DNA of 64,000 nt from Caerostris extrusa (Eukaryota). The translations under genes and the position numbers were made by a program. Under the pieces are notes generated by a model. It searched no databases. It was not told the DNA's origin and saw only the letters and a program-made list of their open reading frames with translations. The stretch's first letter is position 1; each line of letters opens with the position of its first letter. The stretch is from contig BPLR01000781.1 of the NCBI GenBank assembly GCA_021605095.1, forward strand, positions 2,414-66,413, read 5' to 3'. This document shows, piece after piece, positions 22,956 to 37,400 of the stretch.

Positions 22956-25049
22956 AATAAAATTTGTACATTAAATAATTAATTCAGATTATGTAGATAC
23001 AAGAAATTCACATGAAAAAAATTCTTCAACAGAATAATTTAAAATAAAAGAAATATAATAAATATTTAATTTTATACAAAAATAATAAATTAGTAAAATC
23101 TAATGAATATTTAAGGAATTACAATTAATTACAAAATGACAATAATTTAAGGAATTTAAAAACTAATTTAGCTTATCAGAACAAAAATATCCTTTTTATA
23201 ATAAAAAATGAGTTTTTTAAAACTATACTGTTTTTAGTAATTAGATTTTTTTTAAAAAAATGAAAGTGTTAGCAACCAGATTAAATAAAATAATTGCATC
23301 AAAAATGGATAATATGAATTAATTCTTATCTACTTAAATTGAAAAACTTTTTATCTTATAAAAATTATTAAGTTGTTTATGATTTTCACACATTAAGTTA
23401 ATGATTTTAAAAATACTTTTTTTCAAAACTAATTGAAAGAAGATTATTATATTTTTATTTTGTAATATTTGTCAATAAATCGAAAATTCTGATTTAAAAT
23501 TATTAAAAATAATAAGGCTTATTTTACAATGATTAATATTAATATAAAATCCAGATTAATTGGAGATTTTTTTTTTTTCGATTTGTGAATGAAAAATTCT
23601 ACTTATGCAAAAATCTATTACTAATATTATATAGATTGTGCAATGTTTTAACATTTTATAGAAATAGAAATACAAATACTAGAGAGAAAAGTAGCAATTT
23701 GAATGAAAATTTATGACTAATAATTTTGTAAAAAAAATAGAATTACACTGAAAAACTGATTTCAATGAAGCTGTTGGGATGTGTATTGTCACAGTGCAGA
23801 TGTTTTGTAAAAATAGCCTGAAATAAAGGGTTAGTAAATTTTAAAATAATTAATACATAAAGGAAAATTATTTAAAAATATTTGCAGAAAATGCTTAAAG
23901 TATTTTAGCCACTTATATTAGTATTTAGCCACAAAGATAGCAAAATCTTAAAATGATGCAAATGTTAATGAATTTTTTAATTTGTGATAAAAGTTTATGA
24001 ATTTATATAAAACATAACACTTCATATATTACTTGTCCAGTTTTTTTTCGGTTTATTTAAATAATAATTTGAAGTAAAATAGAAAATAATTAGTATCAAT
24101 AGGATAATTAAACTATACTAACATATGTTTCTATAAAAAAAATATTTTCACATAAATCACATATATTCTCTCTCTTATAATATTACTTTATATCTTTCAA
24201 AAATTATATCATAAATATATCTTTTAGTACTATTAATTTAAATGTATTAAGAATTGATATAAATCTTTGGAGTTGTATATTACAGGTACTAAAAAGCTTT
24301 GTTTAAATAATTTCTTAAAATTTTACTTACATAAACACAATACCTTTGACAAGTTGTAAGAAGGCTTCTATTACAGCTCTTTGTATGACGAGACTAATAA
24401 AAATATTAAATATGCTAAGAATATTTTAAATAAATTTAAGCCTGCAAATAAAAAAGTACTAAAAAACAATGCATTGTTAGCTATATATTTACAGATTAGT
24501 TAAGTCTATTAATGCTGATAGACTTAAACAGTATACTGAAATAGGAATTACTTGTTGAAAACACTTAAAATTTCCATAGACACTAGATAAAACCACTCCA
24601 TACAATCTTCATGAATTATTTTTTATTTCTAAAAATATCAGTAAAAATGAATTCCTATAAAAGTACAGTATAAAAGTTTTATTTTTTTTTCTTCTCAGAA
24701 TATATTAGATAAGAAGAATGAAATAAATAATTTTTTTTTTTTAAATGAGAAATTTAAAAGATGACATACATTCTAAATCAAAAACAAAAAATAATGCCTC
24801 AAGAAGTAGTTACCTGCAAATGAACTTCTGGAAGTGAAAAAGGAAAAATTTCATTTCTAGGGCATAACTTCATTTCACATATCTACTCATTTTTTACTGT
24901 ACCAAGGATTTGCATATGGGTTTGAGTATATGTCACTATTTGAAATAGGATGTATGATTAAGGTGATTAATGAAGATTAAGGTATGATGATGATGATTAA
25001 AGTAAAGGAAGCAATGGTTAAGGTAAAGGAAGCAAAGTGATCAAATCAA

Positions 25050-25700
25050 AGATTGGCTCAGATTTGGGTCAGAGTGAAGTCACCATTTGCAAATGTTGTC
25101 AGGAATGCTTAAACTATCCCAAAATGCAGTATCTTGAAGGCAGCTATCAACCTAGAGAAATGACAGAGCGACTCTGACAGAATTTAATCAGTCAATATCA
25201 ATAATTCAACATGAACATCCGGGACACCAGAGTAAGAGCTTGACTTTTGGCAAGCATATTTGTGGTGTATATTTGTGTTTGCACCTATTCGACTAGGAAT
25301 TTCACATAGAATAAATTGCTTTTAACAATGAGTTTGGTTTTGAATCAAGCCTCAATGGTCAACAAATATCAGGAGAAATCCAGTTAAGTGGTGAATCTCA
25401 TTGAGGATGCCACATAACCTAGAATTATGGTCTGGGGTGTAATTTATTGCATAGTCAGACCTTTTAAATATTAGCCATGATGGCCTATCAACATGTCCAT
25501 ATGCCCACAATAAATACACTCTGTTGTGTGTTTGTGGGCCTGTTTTTTCATGGACCCTTGGGCTAACTTTTTTAATATATTAATGCTCTGCAACATATAA
25601 CAATTATTTCTATAGATTAACTTCATGCTTGTTAAATGCTTTCCAGACCACATAAATAGTCATATTTCTCTCCTTGATAGAGCTCATTTGGAGTATGATA
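25050..25700 (+). mobile_element. highly degraded Tc1/mariner transposase remnant
   Basis: Only a short motif IMVWGVIYCIVRPFK (cf. VMVWGGIS..GRT.L of Tc1/mariner, and WLVWGGIILGSRTDL at 5560) plus weak flanking similarity; many stops. Confidence 0.25.
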
Positions 25701-28700
25701 ATAGGTGCCTTCAAATGTGCCAGAATCTCACAGATCCAACTCAATAATTGGAGATTGTTTTGCAAAATTTACTGCATTAGGACATCTTATGAATGTATGA
25801 ATTTTTATCCCATTTAGATAACAAATTCTTGGTGTGTTATTCTTTTATTAAATATAAGCAAAACTCAGATATTTTTTTATAATTAATTTGTGTCACTTGA
25901 ATTCTACCATAAACTCTGAACATTTCTATTCAATGAATATCAAGTTTCTTGTAGAATTTCAAACTATTTTTTATTATAGTTATTTAAATAAAATAAAATC
26001 TCCACATCTGACAAACTTCATGGATATTAGAAAAATATAAGGACATGAATCGAATGTGTAGAGATTAAATGATAGACAGGACTTAGCAATCCCCAATCAT
26101 ATATTTTATAAACAGACTATATTATGATATGCATATTGATTCATATTTGTTAAGTGAATAACATTTAAACTATTAAACAATTTATTATCAAAAATTTAAA
26201 TAATAAATTTAGAGAATGGAAAAAAAGTCCATTTTTTTAAAAATTAAAAACTAAAATTGGACATTGCAAATATTATGCATATTTATAATATTTTGCACAA
26301 GTAATAATAATACATTAAATATTAGGATGTATTATTAATAAATACATCATAATAATTCATTGTAATTAATACATGAGAGTACAATATATGCTTAAAATTA
26401 ACTGCAACAACTCAAAAAAATATACTGGGCTAGAAAGTGTGTATAAATTAATATTTACTTAAATTGTCACTGTTTTATTTATATATTAACTATTAGTTGC
26501 TTGTTTCTAAATATAACTAAATTTAAACTCTCCAAAATGTATCTAAACAGTTTTTTAATTAGCAGTGAAAGCAGTAAATAAAATTTAATTTCTATTTCCA
26601 AAATAATTCTTAAATATAGTGAAAAAAAAAAAATCACTTTCTTGGAATCAAATGACCACCTATGAACTAGAGCATTTGTATCACACATATGATCTCTGGA
26701 TGATTTATATATTGAGATATTGTAGTTAAAAATACAATATAAATGCTGCTTGGTTCTCAAAGTGAGGTAAAAATTATTTTTATTTATAGCATGGTTATAA
26801 TTAAATACATTCCCTCTGAACTCATTCACTTTTGTGACATCTGAAAAGAGGAAAAAAAAACAAATCATAATTAATTCATAGAAATTTAAAAAGTCTTAAA
26901 TATTCAACACACACTTTCATTCTTATTTTAATAATAAACATATTTTTCATAATTTTTTCAAATTAAATAATTTTTAAAATTACACTAAGAAAAGTAAAAC
27001 TTAAATACATGTTATAAACATTACATCAAAGCCCATTTCGATCTTTAAAAATTCAATTACAACATATAATTAAATATTAAAAATTACTTTTCATATATTA
27101 AATGGCATTATACTTCCCATATAATTTTAAAAATAACAACTTTAAAATATTACTATTTCAGCTTATTTTTTAAAAAATAATTTTGGAAATTGAAATTTTA
27201 TGCTAATAAAAATTTTGTCTTTTAAGCACACAAAACTTTTGAAAGATAAAGTTAATTATAATAATGTTTTACTGATATCATTTATAATAAAATACTGAAA
27301 TAAATTAATATATTTAAGGTCAAAAATTAAAATTTGAATTTTTTTTTTTTTTAATCTTTCATATTTTTAAATCATTGCAGCAATTAAAAAAATTCCATAA
27401 TTATTTTTAAAAAGCATACTTTTAAGAGAATAATTGGTTGCTTGTAAGAAAACCATTTCCATATCTTCCTGATGAACAGACATATAAATTATTAAATGAT
27501 TCCAATTGAATGGTTGTAATTTGATGCAAGGAAGAATAAAATCACCCTAAAAATATAACATTTATATTGGAATATTATTATTCAAGTGATATAAATGAAA
27601 GAAAAGAAACAATTTTCCAAAGATTCCTTTCCTTGTACATTTCTATGAATTAATCAAATGCATATATTTTTCATTTAAAATAGTCTTATTAAATTAATGT
27701 AACAATTAGCCATCTAAAAACTTAGATTTAAGATATAATGATGAAGATGATAAATAAAAGTTAACTAAAAAAGCCAAAAATATTTCTCATACTGATACTA
27801 AGTGAAACTTATAAGTACTTATTGATTATTTCATTATAACATATAATAATGATAAAAACCCAATATTAAAATGAATATAAATGATAATTAACATACTGTA
27901 CCAAATTTGAACTCTTTTGACTTTTTAATGTATGACATTTCAAGTAAATAAAAATACAATTTAAAAAGTAGTTTTATTACATCTAACTATCAAACAGCAA
28001 ACAGAATCAAAATGAATACCAAGAAATACACAGCTCCCATGCAAAAAAAATATCACAGAGACAATTATGCTAGGTTCACTGTTTAAAAACAAGCACTCAA
28101 CTAATTCCGATTATTGCTATATGGAATACTTTTATTTAATTTTGCATGGCTTTTTGTGAGAATTTTTGGTTTTTCAAGAAATTCTCTCAAGTTAAGCTCT
28201 TAGTTGTTTCTAAAAAGCTTCACGAAATCAATCACTAATATGAGTATCTCGGGAAACATTGCCAAAAAAATCACAAAATTTGCTGCCAACTTGGAAATAC
28301 TTTCAGTCTTTTTGCTTAATTAATTAACTATAACCAATTATTTATATATTTGAAAATTTAATACTACTAAAAATTAATCCAAAATTACTAACCTTTAGGT
28401 GAATAAAAAAAGAAAATGGAATTATAAATTCGTAACAGGATTCATATCCCACAAATGAAATTCTTATGAGAAAAGAAGAAGACATGACAATATCTAAAAA
28501 GAAAATTTGATATAACATGAGAATTTTGAGAAAACTTGATTAATTTTTAAAAATTTTAGCATAGGATGCAGAACTAAAAAAATATCAACAACTAATTTAC
28601 ATAGAATAGTAAAGTATATTTGACTGAAATTTAATGGAACATGGGTCGCCATGCATGAAAACATGTACTTCAAAATATTGACAGTATTAAAGGAACAAAA

Positions 28701-28944
28701 AACAAATCAAATGGAAAACCATTAAAAAAGTAACTATAAATAACAAAAAATCAATAATAAGATTAGAAGAAAAATAAAATAATCAAACAAGTGTTACAAA
28801 AATGATGAAGGCTGTAATTTTGATGATGAATAGGAAAACAAGGAGAGGATATAGAACGAAAAAGATCACTGGTTACCCGAATCATGACACTCAAACACAT
28901 ATAAAAGAAATACATAAAGAGAGCTAAGATATTTTTTTATTCTG

Positions 28945-29851
28945 AAAAATATCTTACTACTGTGTCCAAAAAGTAAGATCAATTTTCAATTTAAAATTAC
29001 CGGAGCTTATGGAATTTCATTTTTTTTTTCTTTTTTAGGTTGCTGGCACTGTCCTTGACATCTGTGTGAAATTTGACGTCAAAATATTCATTAGTGTTTG
29101 AGTTACGTTTGGCTTTTGAGACGCTAAAACTGATACCGACGATTTTTGAAATGTCTCATTAATTGAGCAAAGAACTTGCATTAAATTTTGTTCGCGAAAA
29201 CGTATAGAATGTTGCAGAAGACTTTCGGTGAGCATTTCTATATCGCAAAGAAATGTTTAGAAGTGGTATAAACAGTTCAAAGAAGGCAGAGAACGCGTTG
29301 AAGACGAAGAGCCTCTGGTCGACCATGAACCTCAACCAACGAAGCTCACGTTCCAAAAAATTAAAGATTTGGTGTTTGCAAACCGTCGATTTACAATTAG
29401 AGACCTTGCTGATGATGTTGGAATTTCAAAAGCATCGGTCAATTCCATTTTGGGCCTCAAACGCGTCAAATCTTGATTGGTACCGAAAACACTGAATGCG
29501 CCAGCTCACACTGCATTGATTCTTCGTGACTTTTCGCCAAAAATGAAACCCATATCGTTCCACAATCACCGTATTTATACCGTACGACTTCTGGCTATTC
29601 CCTAAACTCAAAAGACCATTCCAGTCCCACCGATTTGAGTCGATTGAAGATTGAACGTGAATCGCCGCGCGCTTTGAAGGCCATCCCCTGCCGATGACTT
29701 TTTAGTAAGCATTGAGGATTGGAAAAAGAGTTGACATACGTGCATTGTGTCCGGAGGGGATTACTTTGAAGGCAATGAAAAAATTTGGAAGAATAAATAA
29801 AGAGTTTTTGAAGAACAAAATAATTGGTCTTACTTTTTGGGCACAGTAGTA
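28945..29851 (+). mobile_element. mariner-family DNA transposon, internally deleted (~0.9 kb), 31-bp TIRs, TA-flanked
   Basis: TIRs ttactactgtgtccaaaaagtaagatcaatt (28944-28974) and aattggtcttactttttgggcacagtagtaa (29823-29853); retained N-terminus ..WYKQFKEGRERVEDEEPLVDHEPQP..KIKDLVFANRRFTIRDLADDVGISKASVNSILGLKRVKS..LVPKTLNAPAHTALILRDF and C-terminus ..YSLNSKDHSSPTDLSRLKIERESPRALKAIP..IEDWKKS.HTCIVSGGDYFEGNEK; DDE catalytic middle missing. Confidence 0.8.
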
Positions 29852-30799
29852 ATAAAATTAAGTAAATGATAGAAATAAATGGATAAAAATAAAATAAAAT
29901 GGATATTAATGCTAATTATAAATACAAATAAACATGATGTCCCTAAAAAATTGCATTTTATATGAAAGAAAGCTAATAAGCGTCATTTAGTGCTTTTAGT
30001 TATGCTACCACCTTAAGTAGTGAGGGATTTACAGAGAGAATATTGGACTTCCAATTATTTTTTCTTCTCTGTATAATTTTTAAGCAATAAAATGAAAAGT
30101 TTGCATATGCGGCTAGTAATTAATACGTAAAATTTCGTGTGAAAACTTTCTGCCCGCTGCTGGGAATATTTATACCAGTAATTAAAAGCGTGGGAATTAT
30201 ATAGGTTGTATAGAAATTGTAAGATTTTTATTTACTTTAAGAGTTTCTGTTGCATCATGAGAGAGAATTTTTTTTGAAACTGAAACTAATTAAGAAATGT
30301 CTGGAATCCTCTGTGAACCAAGCACGACCGTCTAGCTTAGAAATTTTATCAATTGAAAATAGTGTAGCTGAAGATATCGATTTTCTTGACATAATAGAGT
30401 ACACTTTGTTGTATTAGAGCTTGAATGAAAAGTAAAAAAATTGAGTTTTCATTAAACTGTATTCTAATAATAATGAAGATATGCACCAGAAAAAGATTTA
30501 TTACATTGCACATTAAACTGGCTTATTAATAAAATGGCATTTTACCTTTTTTATTTATTAAAAAAAAAAATGTTACAAAATAATTAACATGAAACTCTCT
30601 TTATTTAACCAATTGAATAAAAAATGATTTCTCAATGAACAAGATTTATATTTTGGTGTAGAGAGGGGGAGGAATTGTGCAGGGTTGATAAGTTTCAACT
30701 CCGTACCAGGGGTTATCAAACCTTGCTATAACCTACTAGGCTTTTTAAAAAAAATATCGGTTTTTTACACTATTTTCCAATTATCAATATTTTCTTTAT

Positions 30800-30866
30800 T
30801 GTTGGAATGGAAAGTTTTTGAAAAAAAAAAGTAATTGGTCTTACTTTTTGGGCACAATAGTAATAT
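30800..30866 (+). mobile_element. solo 3'-end fragment of the same mariner family (TIR + ~25 bp internal)
   Basis: agtttttgaaaaaaaaaagtaattggtcttactttttgggcacaatagtaat nearly identical to 29802-29853. Confidence 0.6.
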
Positions 30867-32699
30867 AGAAATCAACCTTAAAGCTAAATTCTACATTTGA
30901 CTTAAGGACCATCTTAATTTGATAGAATGACATAAAACTTAATAGTTATAAAAGAGAGTTTTTTTTTAAAATATTTTACACATATGAACAGTTTAAAGAG
31001 ATATAAATGCTTAACAAAATTAATGTTAACTTAACATTAATTAATGTTATAAACAAATATATATGTATAAATCTTTTAAAAACACATATCATTTTTATAA
31101 AACCCAGTTTACTTAAAAGTAACAATTATAAAAATATGCAATAAAATAGAAAATATACATTAAGAAGTTATAAAAAATTTAAAGAACTTGAATTAATAGA
31201 ATAATCTATATAAACAAACTCAATCAAAACTTGGGTTAAATAAAAAGCATTAACTTAAGGTATGTTACGACTCTACAGAAAAAAAAAATATATACATGGA
31301 TTACACCTTTGTCTTTGCTTAACTGGTATCACTTAAAATAGTTGACTAATATGCACTTGGAAATTGCACTGTTCTTAAGTTAGTTCTAGTATTGTTTTCA
31401 AGGTTTTCCTCGCATATTTTGCCAGAAAAAAATAGATCCAAGAATTTAATATATCATTATTATCTCCCATAACTAAATTTGATTATTTAAAAAAAAAATT
31501 AGCCAACCTATTAGCAGAATTTCAGAAGCAAAATACTAAAGTGCAAATATTTCCTATATTGAAGAAAACTATAACTAAAATATTCTTTGACTTAGAAAAT
31601 CTATGCTATTACTTAATATTTTTATTAATTATATAGTTAATAAAATAAAGGATAGTACTTTTTTTTACAAAATGGTTTTCATATTTTTTAGAAAGAAGAA
31701 ATTTGATTATAAAAAAGAATCTTAGTACTGTAATTTCTTGGCTATAATCTACAGTCATAATTTTTTGAAGATTAAATGAAAACGATCGATTATTATTATT
31801 ATTACTACTACTACTACTACTATGAATCCTTTTTTGTGATTAGAAATTAATTGATATTTTGAACTGTTTTGAACAATTATAAAAGCTGTTATAGTTTTCT
31901 GTTTTAATTTGAAAATTAAAACAGGATAACTGCAACGTTTACTCGAGAAAACAGTAAGCTGTTAAAATATCATTAGATTTCTATTGTTAGACGACATAGT
32001 TTTAATTATGTATCAGAAAAAAAAACGAGAAATACGAAGATAAAAAAAAATACTTAGCCCACAAATTGAAAGAGATAATTTTGTTAATAGAAAGAAAAAT
32101 ATGTTATTTGGCAAAAAATTAAAGAACTTTTACAACTAAATAAGCATAGTTTTAATTATGTACTTCTACAGAAAAAATGAAAGAATGGCATTAACGGCAT
32201 TAATTGGATCTTAACTGCTTGGACCAAAGACATCTTATAATGATGGAAAGACAGTTGGATCTTCCATTTCAGCTTTAACAAGGTGAAATGTTCAATACAT
32301 TGCTCAATCTAAAGAAAAACATATTCTATTAGTGTTTTACTACAAACTCTGGTTGTGCTTCTTCGAGTTTGCAGTGATGGAAAGGGCTATTTTGATGTCG
32401 AAAGTCACAAATCGTAGTTTATTACGTCACAAATCGTAAAGAAACAGTCGCTAAGATGAAATATCTCGTTAAAAGAAGAAAGCCTTTATATTTTGTTTGG
32501 AGGAGTTGAAAATCACCCAAAGCATTTGAAATATAAGGTTTTTGTAAGTGATTTAGTTGAATACTCTTAGAAAGATCATCAAACTCAAACTCTGTAAGCA
32601 GTATCCTGATAGTAACAAACCTACTTGTTTAATTTAATTTAATTAATGCCATTAGTGACTTGTAGAAGTTAGAAGCCCTTTCCAAAAAAAAGTTCATCA

Positions 32700-34400
32700 A
32701 GATACTTTGAGTATTTTCGAGACACTAACGATCAATGAGGAAGGCAGGTACAAGGTTCCTTTACTTTGGGTATTAGAACTCTCATTCACCCGGTTTTTTG
32801 ACAACGAACAAATAGCTGAAACAACCTTATTTCTACTTATAAAGAAACTCATGCAATTTCAGAGGCTGAAGAAAATCCAGATGATTTTGACAAACAGATC
32901 GCTGAGATAACCATTGAAGAAGTCAATATATCATTGAAGAAAAAAAAAGTAGGGGAGTGTATTATCTGTCACACTAGACCAGTTATAAATTAGCATAACG
33001 TTACAATTAAAGTGAGGCCTGTTTTGATACTTTAGCACACTTAAAAGGTACACCATTAGTCAGTACTTGCTTCGAGACTGGTACTAATTTGATTGAACTT
33101 TCCTTTCTACTGAATCATTTCAGATTTCCTGTGGAATAACATCGAACACTGAATACGCATTTGTTAAGATCAGAATCAGACAGAAAGACGAAATTACCAG
33201 AGATTTTTTATATAAAACTGAAGACAATAAAATGCAGATTTTACATGAAAAGTGGTGGTCGGTATCAACACTAGTTCATTTCTCCTGCCAACTATCTTAA
33301 ATTTCCATCTGAAAAATGCACTCAAAGATCTCTTAGATGCTGCACAAATTTTGAGGGGACTTCTTCTATGCGGACAATTGTATTAGCAGTTTGAAGGTCA
33401 CGTCAAGCAAATGGATTTATTCTTGAATCTCGAACATTGATGTCTACAGGGAAATTCAATCTAAAATATCGGCAATCTAGTGCCCTTCTTAAAATCAACT
33501 AGTCTGACAACAACCAAATTGCACCTATGTTGACTAAACTGAACCTTGAGAAAAAATACTCTGTCTTGTGACATTAATTATCTGAACAAAGAATAATTGG
33601 ATTTTACTAAAAAGAATGCTGCTGTCTTTGACACAGAATATATATGATCCCCTTGGTATTTGTTCTGTATCATTCCAAAGTCTGAAATTAATCCTCGGCT
33701 AACAAGCGGGATGTTACTTTTCTTGTAGATAAAATAAGATTTTTAATCATCTAAAGATGATACAGTGCCTGCCGAAAGTCAAAGTACCTTGGTGGATGAT
33801 ACTTGGTCAAGAGGAAGAAGCCATCGATTTTCATGTGTTTAATGATGTAAGTGCTAAACCATATGCCACTTTTATTTTTCTGCACTTAAAAGTAAATCAT
33901 CAAGTTTAAATTAGATTTGTTCATAATGAGGACAGAGTATGTTTTGAAGAACTTAACCATTACCGTTTTGTGCTATTGGTGTGTCGTATTGTTTTTAGAC
34001 TGTGTTCAAATGTTATTAAAGACACAAATTAATGAAGATATTTGTGTGAAATTGAGTCCAAGAAGTAAGCAACGAATATAACGACTGAGTAATGGCAAAC
34101 AAAATTCAGCAAACCATCCCACCAGTAACTTTTGCACTTGAAATGATGGGAGAAACTTTCGTTGCTTTATGACAGAAGACATTTGGCCACCAAACATAGA
34201 AGTAGTAGATGAAGATTTAATAAATGCAAGAATAAGAAGAATTTGCAATAATGCTAGAAAAATGGACTCTTCAGAGTTTCCAACTCCTTTCTGGGAGAAA
34301 AAAAACTTTTGATCCTGAAAGAATGTTCTGTGGACCTTCACCAAACTTGTCATGAGAGAATTTGCAAAAACAGAACTGTAAGGTAGTTTTATTACGAGAA
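32700..34400 (+). mobile_element. BEL/Pao-type LTR-retrotransposon pol fragment (degraded, frameshifted)
   Basis: EEGRYKVPLLW (Pao RY.V.LPW motif), ..ICHTRPVIN (cf. YLPHH.V), RDFFYADNCISS (degenerate YVDD RT motif), LLKRMLLSLTQNIYDPLGICS (TKR.LLS..A..FDPLG), VPWWMILGQEEEAIDFHVFNDVSAKPYATFIFLH (WW.G....HVF.DAS..AY.A) in successive frames. Confidence 0.6.
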
Positions 34401-37400
34401 CTCAGCACTTCCCACACCTTTTGGCACTGGTTCTTATACATTATAGGAATTTACATATGCATGGTCTAGAAGTTACCAGATATAAATTAATTAAATAAAA
34501 ACTTACAAAAAAAAAAAAAAAAAAAAAAAAAAAGACGCGTTTCAATCAACAAACTGGGTTCGATAAATATGGGATTCAAACCGAAAGTTTCATTTATGGG
34601 GCAATATTAACTGGTTGACAAAACGGAGTATTTTCAGTTAATTTTTTTAATGCTTCTGAAAAAATAAAATGCAAATTTTAGGCAGGTGCAATAATCTCCA
34701 CCCAAAAAAATTCTACTATTTTAAGTATAATTTATGAGTTATAGGCAAAAAATTGACAGACAAAAATTTTTCAGTTACAATGGTCTTAAATAATTGAGCA
34801 CAATATGAAATATCTTTTAATAATTATAAAGAATATTTAATAGAAGATTGGCAAGACATGCGAATTTAATTTTTAGAAAATTTAAATAAATTTAATTCAT
34901 TCATTGCGAGGGAGTCATTTCATATTAAATACTTATCACAAAATCATATTTGTTAAATGTCAGTCAGAAATATTACCTTTTATTCCTAAAATTAAAAGAT
35001 GAAGTTAATTTAAGTTGAATCCAAGTATCTTCTTTTTCTTGCTTTACAGTGACACCCTTTAAACCAATATGAAAATATTGATTGGATGAAATAGTAGTAC
35101 AAGTCGAATTGGTTCCAACTAAAATATCATGTAATATTATACTAAAATAATTTTACAATACTAAAAATATTTTTAAATCTTTTAAGGTTTGTGTAAACAT
35201 TATTCATGTATAGTTTGATAAAAATATTAATTATTTATATTCTTTTCTCCATAAAGCCCTTTATTTTCTAAAAGTCTCATCACTATTTTTCTTCTTTGAA
35301 GAAAATATTTACAAAAATCTCACAAAAGTGTAATATCAAGTTGAATAACTACAAGTACAATGACAAGTAATGACAATATTGTCACTATTCTCCCAGTTAA
35401 TATTATATAAAAGATTGCCATTTTTTATTCTTCCTTGTATAAGTTTGATCTTATGTGCATTTTAAATTTAATCTGGTTGTTTCATTAATTTAACCTTACA
35501 AATAAATGGATGAGTCCATTTACAAACTGCTTTGCATCATATCAATCATGAAAACAGTTAAAGGCCTCTTTAGGGCTAAGCTATTCAGTAAACTATCATA
35601 AATAAAATAAATTATTTAAATAACAGCTAGCTCGAAAATAATAATATTGAATGACAAAATAAAATTAATATAATTTACATTTAAAATTAATAAAATCTTT
35701 TTTCCATAAACTTATTTAAGTATATTTTTCATTAAGTTACCTGTTAAATTCATTGTACAATTTAATGTATTTCAGAGTTTTTGCTATCTTAAAATATAAA
35801 AAAAACCCCCATATTTTCTTTTCTATCTTTAAATTTCTATATACAGGAACACTTTCAATTCAATATATTTTAGCATTAGTAAATTAGGCATGTTATGTAA
35901 AAAGATATATTAATTCTACTTATATTGTTATTGATGTAAAAAATATTAATTTTAATATTGCTAAAAATGCATTGTTTTAGCTACTTAATTGTTTTTTTTT
36001 TTTTTTTTTTTTCAAATTTCAAAGCAATATATTTAACAATTAAATTATATGAATAATAATAAAAATTGTCACATAAAGGATAAATTGAAAAATTTGTTAA
36101 TTTCCCAGCTAAAATTTGCTAACAAATTAAAAAACAACTACAAAAAGTATAATGAATTCATCCACTAGCTATTAAAAAAAAAAAAAAACACATATACAAA
36201 TTATATTCATATGCAAATAATAAAAAATGCACAAAACTAAAACTTTATTATTATTATGTTAAATGCACATAAAAAATAATATTTAAAATGAAACAGCATT
36301 CATCACAATTACTACAAATTGATTTATTTTTATGTTTTCAACTCGCATGAAAGTAGATTTAGCTTGCGATCCCATAATTAATTTATATTTTCGAAAAATT
36401 TATCAAATTAGAAAATATTTTACAATTCTTTAAAAATTAAAAAATATTACCAAGCATAGGGCATACTGATGTTACTGCACATTCAATTGTTGTTGAGTTT
36501 ATGACCTACAAGCAAATTCAAAAAGTAATTAATACAATATATCCTACACATTTAATAAAAACTGTATTTATACAGCTACATATAGCATTTATTACAGTTA
36601 TATGCAAATATTTATAAATTCAATTATGTTACAAGGATATTAAACATTTTGTCCTCTCTAAGAAATGTGACAATGTAAAAGTGTATTATATAGAATGTGT
36701 ATTATAAAGATTAAAATGTGTATTATAAAGATTTATCTTAAAATAAATCCTAAGTCCAGTCAAATTTAAACAGGAAACTTTTTAGATAAACATTTATCTG
36801 AACCATCAATGAAAAATTAGTAATTTTTAGCTTATTATAGATGTAAAAACATAAATTTTTAAACTAATTTGTTTTTAAGGATTTTGAAAATTCTGTTCTA
36901 TATTTATTTTATTGAATATTTTCAATTAAAATAAGTTCTTGCTGTTTCTTAAAAAATAAAATGTCAGTTATACTATTTTAAAAATATATATATTAGCCCC
37001 TTTTTATGCAATTTTATTTTTTACACAAATTTAGAGTTATAAAATTGGGATATAAAATATATATATATATATATCCCTAATTTTTATTAAATTTTATACA
37101 GTCAACTCAAAGTTCGATTTAAAAAATATTGAAATTTTGCAGAAGTGCATTCTGTTTCAATTAAAAAAATTCAAAATACTCAAATTGCATAGTGGTGTCT
37201 GTAATAAGATTAGTCAGTATTTTTTTATTTCAATGTGAATTTTTTTACTACTTAAATTTTAAGAATGTATCAATTGTGAAAAAAAAAAAGACTTAGGTGT
37301 TCTAAAAATGTATTCCCATTCAGTATTGCTAAGAAATATGGTTAATATGATAAATAATATTTTTAAAAATTTATTGGAACTTTGCATTAACCTAATTGTA

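Noticed and set aside
22694-22982. ORFs 22694-22960 and 22776-22982
   Set aside because: They are translations of the tandem minisatellite (repetitive peptide LFEELFLSRS...), not genes.
34006-34353. Minus ORF of 115 aa
   Set aside because: Antisense to BEL/Pao pol motifs found on the + strand. No recognisable features.
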